Positions 17,701 to 27,620 of a stretch of DNA of 64,000 bases are shown here, piece after piece. Both the position numbers and the translations under genes were made by a program. The DNA comes from Patescibacteria group bacterium (lineage in GTDB: Bacteria > Patescibacteriota > Doudnabacteria > UBA920): assembly GCA_013387205.1 (NCBI GenBank), contig WARV01000001.1:86-64085 (forward strand). Reading direction: 5' to 3'. Positions within the stretch are counted from its first letter, which is position 1. Each line of letters starts with the position of its first letter. Under the pieces are notes generated by a model, which saw only the letters and a list, made by a program, of their open reading frames with translations, searched no databases and was not told the origin of the DNA.

Positions 17701-18349
17701 CGTAATTTGTGTTACCAACCGTAAAGGCGCAATAGCTTTCTTAAAGAAGCAGTTAGATAAACAGACCTTCAAAGACTTTGATGTTATCGTAGCAGATGAT
17801 AGTGGTGACGAAGATTTTTTCGAGCAGTTCAAGCCACGCCAAAAAAACGAAGGCGATGTTTGGAACTTAAACAAGGCATATAACGACTGCTTGAGCAAAG
17901 TAACTGGGGAACTAATTGTTTTTTTACAAGATTTTATTGAAATTCCCGCTAACGGATTAGAAAGATTTTGGGAACTTTATCAACTTTACCCAAATGATTT
18001 AATTACAGGTTGCGGACATAAATACGAAAACGGCAGGATTGCAGAAACGGACAGTAGGTGCTTTGGCGACAGAAAACTTGTTTCTTCTGACTGGACTTTT
18101 TATGAACTAAATTGGGCTTCTTGTCCCGCAAAAATTGCGCCAAGGTTTGAAGAAGATATGGACAAATTCTACGGTGGGGAAAATATCGTGTTTGCTTTAA
18201 AAGCCCATTTAAAAGGTTCGGAAATCTGGCTAGACCGGATAAACGAATGCAAGGGGCTTGCCCATAACGACAGGCCAAGTGACTGGGAAGATTTACACCA
18301 TAATAAGAATAATCGTTTAAATGACAAAATTAAGAGTTTAATTATATGA
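17690..18349 (+). CDS. Family 2 glycosyltransferase-like protein
   Basis: MKISVICVTNRKGAIAFLKKQLDKQTFKDFDVIVADDSGDEDF (GT-A N-terminus). Overlaps the upstream stop. Confidence 0.6.
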   Translation: MKISVICVTNRKGAIAFLKKQLDKQTFKDFDVIVADDSGDEDFFEQFKPRQKNEGDVWNLNKAYNDCLSKVTGELIVFLQDFIEIPANGLERFWELYQLYPNDLITGCGHKYENGRIAETDSRCFGDRKLVSSDWTFYELNWASCPAKIAPRFEEDMDKFYGGENIVFALKAHLKGSEIWLDRINECKGLAHNDRPSDWEDLHHNKNNRLNDKIKSLII

Positions 18350-19077
18350 ATTTTTCAGACATCCTCAATGAAATAACGTTTTTTACAGGAGCAGACAAGG
18401 GAAACAACACCCCTGCTAGTTTTGTTGATTACCCGATCACTGACCGGACGGCGCATGTTAACAATGCTTTAGAGGAAACTGTCACTGAAATACTGGACTC
18501 CCAGGATGGATGGGATTGGGATGACACAAACAACACCGATTATCCGATTGCGACCACCAATTTAGTTGCCAATCAACAAGATTATTCTTTCCCGGCTTCA
18601 CTGAAGATTTTAAAAATTAAGAGGGTGGAAGTCTGTTTTGATGGGGTGAATTGGAAAGTTGCTCAGCCGTTCGATATCAGCCAAAGACAGCTAGCGACAG
18701 ATACCACTTCCATATCTAATGATTTTTCCACGTTATCGCCCTTTTACGACCCACAGGCTAACTCAGTCTTTCTTTACCCGATTCCGGCCACTAACGTAAC
18801 GGGCGGGTTAAAGGTCTGGTTTTCCCGTGAACCTAGTTTATTTATTACCACCGACACCACCAAAATTCCTGGAATTGATACTCCTTGGCACTCCCGTTTA
18901 TCAATGAAGGCATCTTTGAAATACGCAGTAGCTAAAAACCTACCCCACTTAATAAATACTTTAAAACCACTTTTGGACGAGCAGGAAATGAAGATGAGGG
19001 TTTACTATGGTTCAAAAGAAAAAGACAGAAAATATCAATTTACTTCAGCTTATAACAATAATACTTATGGAAGATAA
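18346..19077 (+). CDS. Hypothetical virion structural protein
   Basis: ORF track entry. Overlaps both neighbours within the late operon. Confidence 0.45.
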   Translation: MNFSDILNEITFFTGADKGNNTPASFVDYPITDRTAHVNNALEETVTEILDSQDGWDWDDTNNTDYPIATTNLVANQQDYSFPASLKILKIKRVEVCFDGVNWKVAQPFDISQRQLATDTTSISNDFSTLSPFYDPQANSVFLYPIPATNVTGGLKVWFSREPSLFITTDTTKIPGIDTPWHSRLSMKASLKYAVAKNLPHLINTLKPLLDEQEMKMRVYYGSKEKDRKYQFTSAYNNNTYGR

Positions 19078-20828
19078 TGGCTAAAACTGACTTAACAATT
19101 CATAACTGGCAACTTGGCATCAGCGAATCGCCGCATACGGGATTTACTGACATGAGAAACGTGGATGTGATTACCCGTCCTGGCTCAGTGCGGCTCCAAC
19201 CAAAACTTCACCGAGTTATTCCAAATCCGACTACGAGTACTTTTACCGCCGACGCTTCTACTGATATTTTGACTGGAACAAATTTATCTACAACAATTAA
19301 CGGAGTTGGGTATTTTGGTGTTAGGGCTGTTACCTTTTCTTCTACCGGCACGTTACCGGCTGGTTTGTCACCAGCAACCCCGTACCACCTGACAATTGCA
19401 GGAGATGTAACGCATTACAAGGTTTCTACCACACTAGCTAACGCTAATTCCGGGGTTTATGTAAACATAACTGACGCGGGAACAGGAACGCATACCTTAA
19501 CTACGATTGACCCTGGCACAATGCAGTACATTAAGGATGACGGCACTGGCAATAACGTTTATGCGGTAGATAATAATTGTCGGGTATGGCAAAAAAACTC
19601 TGATTTATGGTATCTGGTGTCTGGTAATACGTTGACCTTAGGTTCTGGAAACGGGTTGGCTGTTTATAAAGGTTATTTATTAGTATTTCGCAATAACGCG
19701 ATTGACGCGTTAAATTTGTCTACCTTAGCTTGGACTAACTCAGGAACAGGCACTTGGAACAATCCTTTAAACGGCGGAACAGGAATACACCGAACTTGCG
19801 TTGGTCAGGACGATATCCTGTATTGGGGGGATGCTGACAGTTCTAGTAATCCATATATCGGAAGTTTGCAGCAAAACTCCGGAAAGGTTTTCGACCCAAC
19901 TGACGCAACCACTTACACCATAACCGCCAAGGCATTGTATCTGCCAATATACAAAACCGTAAACTGGCTGGCAGAACTTGGGACAAATTTAATGATAGCA
20001 ACGGCAGGAAAAGAAATTTATCCTTGGGACAGGCACTCGGCTACTTTTGGACTGCCAATTCTTTGCGCTGAACAAAACATATCCACCATAACCAATATTA
20101 ATAATGAGTTATACGTCACCGCTGGGAACAGGGGAAATGTTTATAAATACAACGGTTATTTATTGCAACCATTTAAAATTTTTCCAAAACATCTTTTAGC
20201 GACTGATTCAAGTACGGTTTCTGTTGGTGCTGCCGTGTCCCATAACCGAGAACTGCTATTTACTATACAAGCTGTTGGGGTTTCAGGGGTGTGTAGTCTA
20301 GACACCATAACAGGGGCGTTGGTCATAAAAAATTCTATTTCCACTAATTCGTACGGAACACTTAACGCCATAACACTTCCCGCTCTTTATTCAGATGGAG
20401 TGACTTATTTGGTTAGTTCTTGGGATAGGGATGTCTCAACTCCTAATGATCGGGGGCTTGATTCTTCCACGGCTGGCTCATCATATATTTTCCCTTCCGG
20501 ATATATTGGTTACGTTATTGGGCCATTAATTGACGTAGGTAATGCAAAACAGAAACGGACTTTTACAGAAACAGAGGTCATGTTCGACAAATTCTTGGCA
20601 ATGGGCGAGGGAGCCAAGGTATATCACCGCACTAATTCTACAACAACTTGGAATTTGCTTGGCACGTTTGATTACTCAACCTACGGGGCTGATGATTCTA
20701 TGAACTTGGTTAAAAACGCTTCCAATTGTGATTCCATCCAGAACAAAATCGAGTTGACTGCTAATTCCAATCAATCAACGCCTAACGTGAAATCTGTAAC
20801 CTTACGAGGAGGAGCTGTCGATGCCTAA
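19077..20828 (+). CDS. Putative tail protein (Thr/Gly/Asn-rich, possibly repeat/beta-propeller-like)
   Basis: Size, composition and position in the late operon. Confidence 0.4.
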   Translation: MAKTDLTIHNWQLGISESPHTGFTDMRNVDVITRPGSVRLQPKLHRVIPNPTTSTFTADASTDILTGTNLSTTINGVGYFGVRAVTFSSTGTLPAGLSPATPYHLTIAGDVTHYKVSTTLANANSGVYVNITDAGTGTHTLTTIDPGTMQYIKDDGTGNNVYAVDNNCRVWQKNSDLWYLVSGNTLTLGSGNGLAVYKGYLLVFRNNAIDALNLSTLAWTNSGTGTWNNPLNGGTGIHRTCVGQDDILYWGDADSSSNPYIGSLQQNSGKVFDPTDATTYTITAKALYLPIYKTVNWLAELGTNLMIATAGKEIYPWDRHSATFGLPILCAEQNISTITNINNELYVTAGNRGNVYKYNGYLLQPFKIFPKHLLATDSSTVSVGAAVSHNRELLFTIQAVGVSGVCSLDTITGALVIKNSISTNSYGTLNAITLPALYSDGVTYLVSSWDRDVSTPNDRGLDSSTAGSSYIFPSGYIGYVIGPLIDVGNAKQKRTFTETEVMFDKFLAMGEGAKVYHRTNSTTTWNLLGTFDYSTYGADDSMNLVKNASNCDSIQNKIELTANSNQSTPNVKSVTLRGGAVDA

Positions 20829-21072
20829 TATGATACCTGACAATCCCCTTAATAATCCACCGCAACCACGTTCCGACATAATGCCTTTACATAATCACGA
20901 CGGACAGACTTCGCCACGCATTAGTCCTGAAAATTTATTGGGCTTTCCTCTTATGACAGCCGTACCAACCGACAACGCACCAGACAATATTATTCGCTTA
21001 GCATACATTTCTGGCACTTATTATTTATACGCAAGAATTAATAAAACCTGGAAACGGGTAACATTAACTTAA
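20821..21072 (+). CDS. Hypothetical small late protein
   Basis: ORF track entry. Overlaps the upstream stop. Confidence 0.35.
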   Translation: MPNMIPDNPLNNPPQPRSDIMPLHNHDGQTSPRISPENLLGFPLMTAVPTDNAPDNIIRLAYISGTYYLYARINKTWKRVTLT

Positions 21073-21077
21073 ATTTT

Positions 21078-23279
21078 ATGGCCAATCGGTTTACAAACTT
21101 TTTTACTCAAACCATTCCTAGCATTGGCAAGGCCATTAGTACTGCTTGGAATGCCCCCAGCAATATCGGAAGTACTATAGGTGCTACGGCTAAAGATTAT
21201 TTCTTTAACCCATCACAGCCATCACTAGGGCAATCTTACCAGCAAGCGACAGCTAAGCCAATGTCTTTTCCAGTTACTCTCAATCAACAAGGGGGTTTTG
21301 TAAGCCCAAACCAACAGCCTACTGGTGGTGTTTCTGGCCCGCCAAGGTTATATTCCACGATTAACGGCCAAAATTTTGACCAATACGGTGAACCTTTTAA
21401 TAATGGCAATACTGGGAATATACAAACCGCTTCCCAAAATACGCAAACTGCTAATTTAGGAAGTAACGCCGGACAATCTATTAACTTTAACGGCCAAACA
21501 GTCGGGGGGTATGATTCTTCCGGTTCTCCTTTTGTGTTCGGTGGAGTACAACAAACAAGTCCTGCCACAAATTTTGGAGGAACTCCGTTAAACAGCACAA
21601 TTGATTCAACATCACTAGGCAATTCCACTACTAGGGCAGATATTAACTCCAGGATAAGTAAAAACCTAAATTCTTTAGATACGATGTTTTCCAGCCTTTC
21701 ATCCTTGGGTACGGTTCCCCAAGCAGAATTGGATATGCAACAGAAAGCCGCCCAATCAGCAGCAGCGGTTACTGGATTAAACGCCCAGGCCGCAGGGCTT
21801 TACAATCCTGATAATCAGGCAATTGCCTTACCTTTTCTACAGGGGCAAGCCCAAAGTAAATTAGTATCAGCACAATTACAAAACCAAATTAATCAAGCCC
21901 AACTTGCTTATATGCAAGGGAATAGGCAGTTTGCTTTTAACTCTGCTTCTACAATTTACAATGCGGCAAGGCAGAACCTGATGGACACTTTACAGATTTA
22001 CACTCAAACCGCACCACAGAATTTAGCTACAAATTACAACCCGACTACTGGTGCTTTAAACGCAGTGATGCGTAATCCTTTAACCGGCGAGCAATATACT
22101 GCTAATTTAGGAAATATTGGCGCACAAAGGACATTTACATCTACCAATATCGCAACTGACACTTACACTGGCGCATTGACTTTTGTTGGCACAATGTCAG
22201 ATGGAACGGTTGTTCAGCAACCCATTGGCGGCGGTGCTTCGTCTTTCCAGGGTGGTTCTTACAATATGGGTCAATCTATGCAGGGTGGATTTGGTAATAA
22301 TATAACGGGACTGACTACTCCGGCTGCCGTAAATAATAACCCTGGTAATTTGCGCGACCCACAAACTGGAGCATGGCAGGTCTTTAGTTCACCGCAAGAG
22401 GGATTCCAGGCTTTAATGAGTGACATCCAAGGCAAGCAAACAGGAAACACCAGGACTGGTTTAAATGGAAATTCCACCTTAGCACAGTTTACTTCGGTTT
22501 ACGCACCTGCTTCTGACGGCAATAATCCTGCTGGTTACGCACAGTCTATCGCCAAACAATTAGGAGTTTCGGTTAATACTCCAATAGGGCAAATCCCATC
22601 TGCTTCTTTGGCTGCTGCCGTAGCACAGCATGAGGACGGAAGATACTGGAACGCTATTACATCCGGCGTATCTAATGTTTCAGCTAACGTTCCTCCGGTA
22701 GTGCAGAAATATTTGGAAACTTTAAATAATATTCCTAATAGTGAATATATAAATTCCAATCGCGTCCCGGATAATTTGAAAAATGCAATTAAGAATATGG
22801 CTGGCGGTGTTGTTCCAGTTTTAACCGATGCGGAAGTATCTTCAGTTAAGAGTATAGCCACTACTGCCACGAACCTGGAAACCATGAGGGATTTGTCCAA
22901 CAAAGTTCTGGGTTCTGGTGCTTTGGGCAGGGTAGGGTCTTCATTTACTAATTGGTTTGATAAAACTTTCCAACCCAATACTCCCGATTCTCAGACAGTA
23001 GCAAGATTCAGGTCGTTTAGGGAAACCGCCGTAAAAAACATTCAGGCTTTAGCTGCTGGTGGGTCTGGGTTAAGAATAAACCAGGCTGAAATTGATACTG
23101 CCACAGCCAATCTTCCTACAATTTACGATAGTAAGGAAGTAGCTAATGCAAAAATAGACCAAGTGTTGTCATTCTTGCAAAATACCTTACAGCAAGTTTT
23201 ACCACATGCGGCCTTGGCAAGTAACCAAACACAAAACTCTACTCAAATTTTAGACGCCATCTTATCTCAATATAAATAA
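21078..23279 (+). CDS. Large Gln/Asn/Gly/Thr-rich virion protein (tail or internal protein)
   Basis: 733 aa, low complexity, in the late operon. Confidence 0.4.
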   Translation: MANRFTNFFTQTIPSIGKAISTAWNAPSNIGSTIGATAKDYFFNPSQPSLGQSYQQATAKPMSFPVTLNQQGGFVSPNQQPTGGVSGPPRLYSTINGQNFDQYGEPFNNGNTGNIQTASQNTQTANLGSNAGQSINFNGQTVGGYDSSGSPFVFGGVQQTSPATNFGGTPLNSTIDSTSLGNSTTRADINSRISKNLNSLDTMFSSLSSLGTVPQAELDMQQKAAQSAAAVTGLNAQAAGLYNPDNQAIALPFLQGQAQSKLVSAQLQNQINQAQLAYMQGNRQFAFNSASTIYNAARQNLMDTLQIYTQTAPQNLATNYNPTTGALNAVMRNPLTGEQYTANLGNIGAQRTFTSTNIATDTYTGALTFVGTMSDGTVVQQPIGGGASSFQGGSYNMGQSMQGGFGNNITGLTTPAAVNNNPGNLRDPQTGAWQVFSSPQEGFQALMSDIQGKQTGNTRTGLNGNSTLAQFTSVYAPASDGNNPAGYAQSIAKQLGVSVNTPIGQIPSASLAAAVAQHEDGRYWNAITSGVSNVSANVPPVVQKYLETLNNIPNSEYINSNRVPDNLKNAIKNMAGGVVPVLTDAEVSSVKSIATTATNLETMRDLSNKVLGSGALGRVGSSFTNWFDKTFQPNTPDSQTVARFRSFRETAVKNIQALAAGGSGLRINQAEIDTATANLPTIYDSKEVANAKIDQVLSFLQNTLQQVLPHAALASNQTQNSTQILDAILSQYK

Positions 23280-23280
23280 T

Positions 23281-24981
23281 ATGCCTTATTCAGAAGTACA
23301 ACAAAATACACAAATCCCAACCAGTTTTAATACTGCCCAGTTTATCCAGCAAGCCAGGCAATCGGGAGTTTCCGATGACCAGACTTTACAATATTTACAG
23401 AGCAAAGGCCTAGTTCCGGCTTCTACTAACGTGCAAAACAACGTAGAAGGCGCACAATTACACGATACAGGTTCATTTGCAGGGAACGTGGTCAATAGCG
23501 CAGGAAACTTGCTTAGTGGCGTTGGCCAAGCGATTGTTCATCCGATTGACACTGTTACTAATATCGGTAAGGGGATTATCGGCACAGGGGAATATTTAGG
23601 CGCAGCCGTTACGGGTGGACCAAAACCAACTGGTGAAGCCGCGGATGTTGCTGCTAATATTGGAAACTTTATTAAGCAAAGGTATGGTTCTTTAGAAGCA
23701 GCTAAGACTACTGCTTATCAAGACCCAATCGGGTTTTTAGCCGACGCTTCTTTGGTGTTAGGTGGTGCTGGCGGTGCAATAGGGAGAGCTGGAGAAGTTT
23801 CAAAAGTCGGAGAGATTGCTAAAGCTGGGGAAATGATTGGCAGAGCAGGGGATGTAGCTAATCCGTTTACAATCGCTGGAAAAGTTTCCACACCTATCTT
23901 GCGACCAGTCGGTGAGTTCTTGGGTAATCAAGTCGCTAATATGCTAGGAACAACTACGGGAGTTGGTGGTAGTTCCATTCGTGGTGTATTTAATGCAGCC
24001 AAAGAAGGCAATCCAGAAGCTATGCAAGCGGTCAGGGGTAGTGTCGGTGCTGACCAAATTATTGAAGATGCCCAAAATGCTTTCAATAAGTTAAAGCAGA
24101 ATAAAAATATAACCTACCAGCAGCAGTTGCAAAAAGTTAAAAGTGTTGCCGGTGAAGTTGATTACCAACCAGCAGTAGAAGAATTTAGAAAGCAACTTAC
24201 AAATAACGGAATTACGGTAAAATCTGGAGAATTACAGTTTGAAAACGCTCGCGGTTTTCAGTCGTCGGGCGAACAAGCTATTTTGCAGAATGTTTACGAT
24301 AAAATGGAACGTTGGGGCGATATGCCTTCTAATACTACTCTTTATGGATTAGATACCTTAAAGCAACAACTGGGGGAATTTGTGGAAATGTCAAATGGCA
24401 AGTCTAAAGCTTTGATAGCTTCCACGAAAACCGCATTGTCCGATATTTTAAAACAAAGTGATGAATACAAGAACCTTGTCGAACCTTACGAATCCACCAG
24501 TAGACTAATTGATGAGATTAGAACTGATTTAATGAGTAAAAATCCCGAAACGGCATTAAAAAAACTCACTCAAGCAGTTAAGCAAGATAATGAGTATAGG
24601 CAATCGTTAATCGAGGAACTAAATAAGGTTTCTCAACAGGATATTATGGCAGAGTTGTCAGGTTTGAATATGTCTAAACTGGTGAATACAGGAAAGTTGT
24701 CTACTTTTTTAGAAATGGGAACAGCATTTTTACATCCTCATTTGTGGCCTATTCTATTAGCTTCGTCCCCAAGGATAGTAGCAGAATTTATGAATACATT
24801 AGGTTATTCTGCAAAACAAATTGACGCAGGGTTATCGGTTATCAAAACGATGAAGCTCGCTCAAGTAGCAACTGGTGCAAGCAGGATTACCTCTTCCCAA
24901 CAAAATACTGCCAAAAAGAAACAGGGGTCTTCGTCCGAGCCTGGTATTTTGAATAATCGTGTTCAACCGCAAAAGCAATGA
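23281..24981 (+). CDS. Putative tail/internal virion protein with coiled-coil and Gly-rich repeats
   Basis: Repeats AGGAIGRAGEVSKVGEIAKAGEMIGRAGDVA. Position in the late operon. Confidence 0.4.
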   Translation: MPYSEVQQNTQIPTSFNTAQFIQQARQSGVSDDQTLQYLQSKGLVPASTNVQNNVEGAQLHDTGSFAGNVVNSAGNLLSGVGQAIVHPIDTVTNIGKGIIGTGEYLGAAVTGGPKPTGEAADVAANIGNFIKQRYGSLEAAKTTAYQDPIGFLADASLVLGGAGGAIGRAGEVSKVGEIAKAGEMIGRAGDVANPFTIAGKVSTPILRPVGEFLGNQVANMLGTTTGVGGSSIRGVFNAAKEGNPEAMQAVRGSVGADQIIEDAQNAFNKLKQNKNITYQQQLQKVKSVAGEVDYQPAVEEFRKQLTNNGITVKSGELQFENARGFQSSGEQAILQNVYDKMERWGDMPSNTTLYGLDTLKQQLGEFVEMSNGKSKALIASTKTALSDILKQSDEYKNLVEPYESTSRLIDEIRTDLMSKNPETALKKLTQAVKQDNEYRQSLIEELNKVSQQDIMAELSGLNMSKLVNTGKLSTFLEMGTAFLHPHLWPILLASSPRIVAEFMNTLGYSAKQIDAGLSVIKTMKLAQVATGASRITSSQQNTAKKKQGSSSEPGILNNRVQPQKQ

Positions 24982-25032
24982 TTATTAAGATAACTAATGA
25001 AGCTAGTGGCATAAATTTAGTTACTAAATACC

Positions 25033-25752
25033 TTAATTATTAACTGGTATTACTTGGTTAGTGATAGTATTGATGAACTTAAAATTTCTCAAGATAATTT
25101 GTGCGTCGGTAATTCCCGTGTAGTTTGGTATCATTGGCAATCTGACTTCACCAGAAAGCTTGTCAGTAGTAACGACAACCTTTTGATTTAAATTGTTTAC
25201 TGGTGCGATATCAATATTTGCTTGAATGAAATTATTATTCTGTATTCCATTAACCAGTACATACGGATTAGGCAAAATACCGGGTTTTAAACTAACCAAT
25301 GCATCAAAAGTTAAAGTGTTGTAACCCTCGGTATTTTCTTTGTTACTGGAGCAAGTATAAGTTCCGCCAACATTAAAATATGTAGTCTGACAATGGAATA
25401 CTAAAGGAGTAGTGACTGGCGTGGTGGTCTGGTTGGATGACGGAGTTTCAACTGTACCTGCCGGTTGAGGAACATACACAGGGACATAAACAGTTTCGGG
25501 TGTTGATTGCGGAACAGGAGATTGTCCAGAAGTTTGAGGTAGAGAACCTAAGCCTAAAGCTTGCCTAGTAGTAACTGTACCATCTTTCTTTAAGCACTCG
25601 CTATTCATAAAACAGATATATTGCGGTTCGGTAATTGAAACAGTAGTGTCAAAGATATTTCCGTCCAAAAATCCCATTAAAGCAGCTTTCGCAGGAGTAT
25701 ATATAGTGAAACCTAAAATAGCAAAAACCGCATAAAACAATGTTTTTTTCAT
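25033..25752 (-). CDS. Secreted protein with signal peptide and Thr/Pro-rich linker (moron on the opposite strand)
   Basis: N-terminal MKKTLFYAVFAILGFTIYTPAKA signal-like segment. It is the only minus-strand gene within the phage late region. Confidence 0.55.
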   Translation of the reverse strand: MKKTLFYAVFAILGFTIYTPAKAALMGFLDGNIFDTTVSITEPQYICFMNSECLKKDGTVTTRQALGLGSLPQTSGQSPVPQSTPETVYVPVYVPQPAGTVETPSSNQTTTPVTTPLVFHCQTTYFNVGGTYTCSSNKENTEGYNTLTFDALVSLKPGILPNPYVLVNGIQNNNFIQANIDIAPVNNLNQKVVVTTDKLSGEVRLPMIPNYTGITDAQIILRNFKFINTITNQVIPVNN

Positions 25753-25917
25753 AAATTTGTTTTAGTTAATTGACAATTTAGTTATAGACCCAATTAATTA
25801 TTTTGTCAAATTTAAAAGGGGCCTCTCGCTGAGTAAGCAGCGATTAGCCCATAAGACTAACCCATCTGCTTACTCAGACGTTACCCATAACTTATACCTA
25901 ATTAAATTTCTTGTCAA

Positions 25918-26178
25918 ATGGCAAACTTTACCACCCAAACTAAATCCGCATCTGTTTTTACAGGACAAGCCAAATCTTCTGCTCCGACTTTTGCCAATGC
26001 CACCAAAAATTCGGCATCGTTTTCCATAGTTGACAAATTGGTTTTGCTACTTCAGGAAATGGGCGATTTTCTTTTAATGGAAAATGGGGATTTTATTCTA
26101 GTTCGTGGTGTTAGCGATTACGGTTTTGCAAATCCTTCTAAAAACAACAGTTCATTTACCAATTTAACTAAAAACTAA
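25918..26178 (+). CDS. Hypothetical small protein
   Basis: ORF track entry. Precedes the fibre gene. Confidence 0.35.
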   Translation: MANFTTQTKSASVFTGQAKSSAPTFANATKNSASFSIVDKLVLLLQEMGDFLLMENGDFILVRGVSDYGFANPSKNNSSFTNLTKN

Positions 26179-27203
26179 TGGCAAATAAGAAAATATCAGA
26201 ATTAACAACTGGAACACCCCAAAATACTGATTGGGTTCCTTTTGTTGACATAGCAGCCGGAGAAACAAAAAAAGCCACCAAGTCTGATTTGAAAGGTGAT
26301 AAGGGTGACACCGGAAACGCCGCCACTGTAAATGTCGGCTCAACCACTACAGGGGCAGCAGGCACTTCGGCTTCCGTTACCAATTCCGGCACGACTTCTG
26401 CCGCTATCCTAAACTTTACTATTCCAAGGGGAGATACAGGGGCAACCGGAGCGACAGGGGCAACTGGCCCACAAGGGGCAAAAGGAGACACTGGAAATAC
26501 AGGTGCAACAGGGCCACAGGGTATCCAAGGCATTAAAGGTGATAAGGGCGTAAACTGGAAAGGCGCATATAGCGGTTCAACTGCCTATATTATCGACGAC
26601 GCTGTTTCTTACAATGGCAGTTCTTATGTTTGTATATTAGCTTCCACCGGAAACTTACCTACCAATACGACTTATTGGAATTTGATGGCGCAAAAGGGTG
26701 CGGATGGCTCAGGTTCCGGTTCCGGCGACGTTACCGGCCCCGCTTCCTCCACAGATAACGGCATAGTTAGATTTGACGGCTTGACAGGCAAGATAATCCA
26801 AAACTCTACTAACGTTGTGATTGATGATTCAGGCAACGTCGGGATTGGGACGACGAATCCGAGCGAAAAATTAGATGTAAATGGCAACATCACGAATGAA
26901 TATTTGACTTTAGCGGGAAACCAATTCAATGCGGTGGGAACTTCCAATGAAATCGCCGTAAATTATGCTAATAAAACAAAAGATTTGCATGTTTATACAA
27001 ATGTGGGAAACGGATTTTTGGTACAAGGAAGCAGCGGCAACGTCGGCATTGGGACGACTACACCAACAGCCTACCTCCATTTAAAGGCCGGTACAGCCAC
27101 GGCAAACACCGCTCCGATTAAATTAACCGCAGGTGTTGTGAATACTACCCCAGAAACAGGAACTATTGAATTTGATGGGACAGATTTCTATTTAAACATT
27201 TAA
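26178..27203 (+). CDS. Tail fibre protein with collagen-like Gly-X-Y repeats
   Basis: GDKGDTGNAAT...GDTGATGATGATGPQGAKGDTGNTGATGPQGIQGIKGDKG, with two GIGTT(N/T)P repeats at the C-terminus. Confidence 0.7.
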   Translation: MANKKISELTTGTPQNTDWVPFVDIAAGETKKATKSDLKGDKGDTGNAATVNVGSTTTGAAGTSASVTNSGTTSAAILNFTIPRGDTGATGATGATGPQGAKGDTGNTGATGPQGIQGIKGDKGVNWKGAYSGSTAYIIDDAVSYNGSSYVCILASTGNLPTNTTYWNLMAQKGADGSGSGSGDVTGPASSTDNGIVRFDGLTGKIIQNSTNVVIDDSGNVGIGTTNPSEKLDVNGNITNEYLTLAGNQFNAVGTSNEIAVNYANKTKDLHVYTNVGNGFLVQGSSGNVGIGTTTPTAYLHLKAGTATANTAPIKLTAGVVNTTPETGTIEFDGTDFYLNI

Positions 27204-27221
27204 TAAACTAACTAAACTAAT

Positions 27222-27491
27222 ATGGAATATATCAAGCAGGACGACAACACTTTAAAAGTTGTCACCCAGGTAGAAGTGCCTCAGACAGAAGAAAAGACTT
27301 ACGACTATGATTTTTTAAAGTCGCAAGAAGTTAGCATCTTAAAAAGCAAGAATGACTTTATCCAGGCCAGGGACAAGGAACTCGATGAAGTAAGGGGACT
27401 TTTAGCCCAGTGTGAGGCTTTGGGGATTAAGAGCAAGGTAGAAAGCGAATTGGCAGAGCAACAGGCGATTGAGCAACAATTAACAAAATAA
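27222..27491 (+). CDS. Small acidic coiled-coil protein, possibly a fibre assembly factor
   Basis: ORF track entry. Position between fibre genes. Confidence 0.35.
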   Translation: MEYIKQDDNTLKVVTQVEVPQTEEKTYDYDFLKSQEVSILKSKNDFIQARDKELDEVRGLLAQCEALGIKSKVESELAEQQAIEQQLTK

Positions 27492-27620
27492 CTATGACTT
27501 TAAACGACTTAAAAGCCAGGGCTTATGACCTATTAGCGGCCATGCAGTCTATCCAAAACCAGCTTAATGAAGTCAACGGCCAGATAGCTAACTTTAAAGA
27601 AGAAGTAAAGGAGAATAACG

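Noticed and set aside
21284-23495. Antisense ORFs within the 733-aa and 566-aa tail proteins (21284..21628, 22271..22477, 22535..22978, 23286..23495)
   Set aside because: They overlap long + strand genes, and their low-complexity translations are consistent with shadows.
21078-24981. Calling 21078..23279 or 23281..24981 the tape measure protein
   Set aside because: No tail tube or sheath or chaperone-frameshift context, and no diagnostic motif. Left as generic tail/internal virion proteins.
26168-26947. Minus-strand ORFs 26168..26533 (Pro/Val-rich) and 26672..26947
   Set aside because: They are the reverse-complement reading of the collagen-like GGN repeats, a classic artefact.
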